From assembly GCF_001194135.2 (NCBI RefSeq), contig NC_068982.1, forward strand, positions 148,346,225-148,401,114: a stretch of DNA of 54,890 nucleotides, read 5' to 3'. The notes beneath the pieces are model-generated. The model was not told the origin of the DNA, ran no database searches, and worked only from the letters and a program-made list of their open reading frames with translations. The translations under genes and the position numbers were made by a program. Shown here one piece after another: positions 48,409 to 54,890 of this stretch (position 1 is its first letter; every line of letters begins with the position of its first letter). The stretch comes from Octopus bimaculoides (taxonomy: Eukaryota).

Positions 48409-48800
48409 ACTCTTTTACTCTTTTACTTGCTTCAGTCATTTGACTACAGCCACGCTGGAGCACCGCCTTTAGTCGAGCAAATCAACCCCAGGACTTATTC
48501 TTTGTAAGCCTAGTAATTATTCTATCGCTCTCTTTTGCTGAACTGCTAAGTTACAGGGACGTAAACACACAGCATTGGTTGTCAAGCGATGTTGTGGGGA
48601 TAAACACACACACACATATATATACATATGCATATATATGACGGGCTTCTTTCAGTTTCCGTCTACCAAGTTCACTCACAAGGCTTTGGTCAGCCCGAGG
48701 CTATAGTAGAAGACACTTGCCCAAGGTGCCACGCAGTGGGACTGAACCCAGAACCATGTGGTTGGTAAGCAAGCTATTTACCACACAGCCACTCCTGCAC
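48409..48800 (-). mobile_element. tRNA-derived SINE, family B, best-preserved copy
   Basis: Head ggagtggctgtgtggtaa...ggttctgggttcagtccc, central domain, (GAGTAAAA)n tail. Partial copies at about 8455-8590(-), 22055-22205(-), 22730-22975(+), 32935-33077(-), 51395-51545(+). Confidence 0.85.
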
Positions 48801-48806
48801 CTATAT

Positions 48807-49181
48807 TAGTGATTCCCAAAATGGATTATATGCCCAACTGGTAGGGCTAGGGAAAATTGTGGTGGAGCATGGGATACAAAATATTTTCCCTTTTTTTTTA
48901 GTAGACATGGAATTATGAAAATCTTTTATTTTTTCCACAGCAAACATATTACACCTATACTCAGCCTAGTTAAAACCAATCCCTCGAGTCAAGCATACTG
49001 TGTGAAGGTTGTATGTTACAATATAATACTACTTTAATGCCTTAGCATGGATATTTCTTTAAGGATGATAAATCATTATAAAATATTATAAATAAAGTTG
49101 TTTTTGCCAACCACTGGTAGGACATACATTTTTCTGGAAAGTTATAGTGGGATCTGGGGAAAAATAGTTTGAGAAACACTG
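48807..49181. mobile_element. hAT-type MITE (375 bp)
   Basis: Degenerate TIRs tagtgattcccaaa / tttgagaaacactg; 8-bp TSD acctatat / atctatat. Confidence 0.7.
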
Positions 49182-49717
49182 ATCTATATGGTCATTGATC
49201 CTGTTAGAAATGGCAGTTGAATCTTCCTCAAATCACATCATGCCGTCTTAGAAAAAGGACATATGAGAGATAATGTGGCCATGATTTCCTGAATATAAGT
49301 AAATAAAAAAATGGTTTGGTGACAACTGGAATAGATTTAGTTCAATCAGGACTGGCCTGGGGTTAAAATAACTATCAGAAAAATAACACCATGATGGTTT
49401 CTGATTTAAGCACAAGACCAGCAGTTTTGGGGGCAGGGCAAGTCAATTACATCAACCCCAGTGCTCAGCTGGTACTTAATTTTTTTGACCCCAAAAGGAT
49501 GGAAGGCAAAGTGGACCTTGACAGAATTTAAATTCAGAACATAACGATGGATGAAATGCCACAAAGCATTTTACCTGGTGTGTTAACAATTCTGCCAGCT
49601 CGCTGCCTTAATCATAATCATAATCATAATCATAATCATAATCATAATAATAATAATAATGATAATAATAATAGTAAAAAAATAAATAAATAAATAAAAT
49701 AAAATAATAATAATAAT

Positions 49718-49923
49718 GGTTTCAAACTTCGGCACAAGGCCAGCAATTTCAGCAAGGGAATAAGTCAATTAGATCAACCCCAGAGTTCAACTGGTACTTA
49801 TTTTATCAATCCTAAAAGAATGAAAAGCAAAGTAGACCTTGGCAGGATTTGAACTCTGAAAGTAGACAAAATGCCACTAAGCATTTTGTCTGGCATGCTA
49901 ATGATTCTGCTAGCTCACTGCCT
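49718..49923 (-). mobile_element. tRNA-derived SINE with Nin/Deu-like central domain (family I)
   Basis: Minus strand: aaggcagtgagctagcagaatcattagc head, gagttcaaatcc B box, tttgcttttcattc...gataaaataagtaccagttg core. Homologues at about 7807-8023(-), 16492-16678(+), 27135-27345(+), 27365-27505(+), 49400-49610(-), 52738-52880(+). Domain name from recall. Confidence 0.7.
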
Positions 49924-52900
49924 TGATGATGATGATGATCACAACGATGACAACAACAACAGCAACAACATCACTAATACAATACAGCTTAATGGCTTCC
50001 TTGTTGACTAGTTCATAGTTATTAACAGCAAAAGAAGGTGATTTTTGACTGAGATATGAAACCGTGCTGTCACACTGTTACTACAGATTTGATGATGTTT
50101 GCTATCTAATTCAAGTGATTGTTATGGAATATTCATTAAGATGATTCCTTTATATGTCATTGTCAAATAAGTCAATGTAAAACATATAATGAAGTAAATT
50201 CCACTAATTACCTTCTATCGGGTTACAAAGATTCTATTTCAGCAAAAGCCATTATAATAACCAAGTGTTGACAATTTTGATTACTACAGAAATATGCTGT
50301 TAGCTCATTAGCACTGAGTACTTAGTAAAACTAGACAAAGCCTGGTGTGAGATGAAAAGTATATTCCATTAAAAAATTATTCTACTGTTTTCTAATTTTA
50401 TTTTGCTTCTTTATTTTCTTTCTTTCTTGTTAAGGTTGGTTGAGAAGTCATGAGTTTGATCTCTGAGCTGTGTGACACATTGTATTTTTGAACAAGGCAC
50501 TTAGTTTAACACTGTTCTAGTCTACCTGGCTGAAAATGAATACAAGCTGAATCATGATGTCACTTTCTTTCCTGCCATCTGTTACATTCTTGGTGATCCA
50601 CAGGGTCAATAGTAGTAGAATCAAAACATTTTTGCCTGCTTGCAAGCTCTGGTTTGAGTGCTGTATTCAAAATATTCTGATTTTCTACCCTTTCAGGAAT
50701 TGGAAATAATTTACCTTTGATATTTAATAATTATTACACACAGGTTTTATCTGCATTGACATGCATGTACATATGTATGTATGTATGTATGTATATATGT
50801 ATGTATGTATTATATATGTATGTATGTATGTATGCATGCATGTATGTATGTATATATGTATGTATGTATGTATGTATGTGTATATACATATATACCTTTG
50901 TTATGAGACATGTGAAAAAGTTGAACAGCGAATGACCAAAAGATTTAAGAAATAGAAGTATTTGAAGGTCAATGCAAATATGAATTGCTAAACAAAAAAT
51001 CTCATTAGCTACACCACATGACAACAATGCAATGAAAATTATATCAGCCATATATGATCAAAATTAACACATTGGGTTAGAGTACATAAACAACAAGTCA
51101 AAGATTCATCTCTTAGAAATGTTCCATGCAGTGAATATCTAGATGTTTATGCAAATAGAAAATTTAAAAACAACTTCCTCTATATTGATGAATTCATAAC
51201 GTGTGTTTGAAAAGCTGTAAAAAGAAAAAGCTCTTACACCCAATGTGAAAACTTCTTTCTAAAAGATTTGTGTCATTCTGCTTTTTTTAAAAATTTTATA
51301 TAATCAATAATTTCTAATTCATGTAAATCTTTCAAACACACAGACATTATATAGATATATATGCATATATACACACCACACGCAGACACAAAAACAGATA
51401 CACATGTGTGGTTCAGAAGTTCACTTTCCAACCACATAGCTATGAGATCAGACACACTGCAGCACTTGGCCAAGTGGCTTCTATTCTAACCCAGGGTTAA
51501 TTAAAAGGAGTATATTTGTGAGACAAAAACTAAAAGAAACTTTTGTATATATATATATATATATATATATCATCTTCATCATCATTTAATATCCGTTTTC
51601 TATGCTGGAATATATATGTATGTATATATATATGTGTGTGAGTGTGTGTATATGTATGTATGTATGTATATATATAAATATATATATACACACACACACA
51701 CACACACGTGTGTTTGTGTGTGCGTGTGTTACTTATTTTGATTGTGATTAAGCACTGAAAAATTTGAATTGCAATATAAATTATCACAAATAATTTTTAT
51801 TAACTTATGGCGATAATTATTTCTGAGAAACCCATGACACTAAATTAAACTTGAGTACCAGAGATGACAGAGTATCAACTAATATTTATTAAGTCAATAA
51901 TCAATCCATTTCGATTGTATTCTGGTGTTGTATCCAAGAAATGGAAGCAATTCCATTTAGAGTGCTTAACTTAAAACCAAAATACTTGTTCCTTTTATCT
52001 TGATTATAAAATCTTACTTCAGTGTTTTCAATTAAGGAGAAAATGTCAACTGTAAAATAAATGATATTACAATGAACTTCTATTGATGTTCTTCTATATT
52101 ATGACCATCTCAATCATTGCTGTCCACTTAGTTTCTTCTCAGTCTTGGGCAGAAGTGGGAAGGGGATCTTTTTATAAATGAAAAATACAGTGAATTGTGC
52201 ACAGTCTAAGGCACAATGAATTAAGTGTAATTCAATAAGGTTGCATTAAAGAAAATGTTATTGAACATACAGTGAAATGTAATTATATATATTATGAAAA
52301 TCTAATTATAAATATCAAAATAATAAACTTGACCTTTTAAAAAATGATCAACAGATTTTCTCTGAAAGTTTCAGTAAAATAGAAAACTATTAGAATAGTG
52401 AAATTTATTGCAAAATTCTGTAATTGTGTATAAGATGTAGCTACAACTTTTCTAAACTTCTGTGGCTCCACTTAGAACATCTGCCATTTTTAGTAAAGAA
52501 AAGGCTTATATTGCAACAGATATGTCATGATTTTTTTAAAATTTGCCTAACATTTTGTTCAATGATTTACTTTATAAGAAAAAAATTGATATGAAGATAT
52601 TCTTTAATTACCAACATTACAAACGACTTATGTTTTAAAGCAAATTCTAAAATTTGCCTAAATTTTTTAAATAAGTGTTCTATGAAAATCTTTGTGTAAT
52701 TCTTTATGCAATGTAGTTGTCATTACAGAGGCTATTTAAGGTGGAAAGCTGGACAGAATTGTTAAAACATTGGGGAAATTTTTGCAGTATCTGTCCTGGT
52801 TCTTTGAGTTGGAATTCTGCCAAGATCATCTTTGTCTTTCATCCCTCTGGGATTGATTAAATAAAATACCAGTACAAAACTGGTATTTTATTATAAATAT

Positions 52901-53880
52901 CAATTGGAACTTTATATAAAATACTTGATTTTTTTTATATAGTATTTATAACAATTATTTTATATAAAATACTAGTCAACTGTATTGACTATTTCCTTTC
53001 ATAAATGTCGGCTTTGTGTCTAAATCAGATGTCCTTATGAAAGTTATTTATAAAAAAGGAACTGAAAAAAAACGGGCAAGGATTTTTTATAATAAATGGC
53101 TTCAGTAAAAAAAAAAAGGAATTATTGAAAAACAGAAAGTGAAATTGAGAAAATATTGTCAGTTAACATTAAAAAGCTTGAAACAAAAAAAAAAAAAAAT
53201 AGATAGGTGAAGATTGTGTTGATTCTAATTGGCTGCTTTGACGGAAGATTGATTTGTTGAAAGCTAAGTGATCTGACTCATTAGGGACAAAAGAATAGTT
53301 AAAGAATAATGCAAGCAGATGCAGCAGAAAACTATGCTCCATGAAGGTGAAATATTTCTGCTGAGAAAGTTACAATTTTGATTTGTTGAAACAACTTCAA
53401 TTTCCCTTTTCTAAAGAGCTAACAAACGTTTGGTAACTTAGCATTCTCTAACCTGCTGTGAAATAACTCTAACCAATAGTGAAAGTAATAATAAAGATGT
53501 TCAACAATATGCATACACAATATACATCAATAGTACTGCTTGGCACAGAGCACATATCATGTGGAGTACTTGTAATACAAATGAAAAACAGAAGTAAAAG
53601 CACAGCTTATACCCAAAGGTACATAGGCATGTATGTGGTTGTAAAGTAAGAGCATGCAATGGAAGATAACTGAAATGATAAGAAGAATAAGAATAAAGAA
53701 AAATGGAAACAGAGTGTCCAGTAGGGCTGTTAGAAACAGTTTGCCTCCTTGGCACAGCTAGAATCATCAGGAAAGTATTAGATTGCAGAAGAGAACAAAT
53801 GGCACGATACTTTCAGGCTGCAAGTAGCAAAAGCCTGCTACTCATGCAGTAGTTCCAAGACCTGAGTTAAAAGACTACTA

Positions 53881-53918
<38 letters not shown>

Positions 53919-53937
53919 ACTACTACTACTACTACTA

Positions 53938-53984
<47 letters not shown>

Positions 53985-53986
<2 letters not shown>

Positions 53987-54570
53987 GCCCGGATGCAGTA
54001 CCAGGCAGTGGTTCTTATGGCTTCTACAGCAAATATTCTGCTTTATACCACAGATTTACTTGTCAGTTGTTTGACCTTACCAGATGCAGTGGCTCTCATG
54101 GCTTCTGATCTTAATTGAGTGGAAGTGTTATCATGTACATGGTTTTGTCTTGGTATAAAAGATGGGCTACAGCAAATATTCTGCTTAATACTACAGATTT
54201 GCTTGTCAGTTGTTTGACCTTAACCAGTTGAGCATGTCCCTTGGTGGCTGACGATATGTGCATCTCTGATCATGAGCAGAAGTAGTTGGGGAGCATGTTA
54301 AGAGGAATTCTTTGGAGTTTGAATAATTCACCTTTGGAAACATGGGTGTTTTGCTCAACATCCTTAAACAAACCTTATTCAGGGACCTTTTGAGTGGGAT
54401 GGACTACTCGACCTGAAGAAAATTCTAACTGGGCCCCACCTNNNNNNNNNNACCATGTCGTGCACATATTGTTGTGATGCATGTGCCTGGTGTACCCTTA
54501 TCAGATGGGTAGTCATGATGGGTATAATGGGCTTCGTATATTTTACCCCAGTGTCACTTTGATAGCATGC
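53985..54570. repeat. Interspersed repeat, class unassigned, with an internal ~57-bp duplication
   Basis: ctacagcaaatattctgct...cagatt..cttgtcagttgtttgacctta occurs at about 54021 and 54167; bounded by (TAA)n arrays. Confidence 0.4.
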
Positions 54571-54664
54571 ACTGCTCTCTCACTCAATAATGATAATAAT
54601 AATAATGAAAACAGCATCGAAAAATACCTTAGGAATGAGAACCCAAGTTCGAAATTTCCCCCAA

Positions 54665-54710
54665 GACACCTGATGAAGGCTGGAGGGTATATCAGCTGAA
54701 ACGTTGTGTT
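54665..54710 (+). ncRNA. Minimal type-I hammerhead ribozyme motif, canonical core
   Basis: gacac-CTGATGA-A-ggctg(10 nt)cagct-GAAAC-GTT^-gtgtt; same family as 8900-8945. Confidence 0.75.
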
Positions 54711-54852
54711 AACAACAAACAAGATGAGGACAAATATCCATCAATTGTAAATAAGGTAAATCTAATATCTCTTATCCTTCACTCACCCCAGGTTGCTGGG
54801 TGTGTCTCAGCAAGTGACTGTAACAAACATGCAGATTAAAAGTAAAAATAAC

Positions 54853-54890
<38 letters not shown>

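Overview
Eukaryotic, repeat-saturated, gapped scaffold. The repeat families and (TA)/(CA)/(TAA)/(TATG) microsatellite load suggest a cephalopod, probably Octopus (inference). Only one host gene is supported: the last six coding exons of a + strand organic anion transporting polypeptide (SLCO/OATP), at 768-932, 3413-3608, 7319-7463, 10369-10526, 11922-11986 and 16773-17047. These splice in frame with GT-AG sites; two are absent from the ORF track. A decayed duplicate of the gene's 3' end lies 2 kb downstream. The rest is mobile DNA: several tRNA-derived SINE families, RTE, R4/Dong-like and Penelope-like (PLE) retroelement fragments, mariner/Tc1 and hAT elements, and a short tRNA-Trp-primed LTR element nested in a DD37D-type transposase relic. 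Main leads: (1) about ten minimal type-I hammerhead ribozyme motifs with palindromic stem III, in at least three unrelated repeat families, including a tRNA-headed SINE with a hammerhead and a tandem group just after the SLCO stop; (2) an LTR primer-binding site copying about 32 nt of tRNA-Trp instead of about 18, and duplicated; (3) several long near-perfect palindromes. All alignments and folds were done by eye; no searches were run. Nearly all long ORF-track entries are microsatellite or N-gap artefacts.
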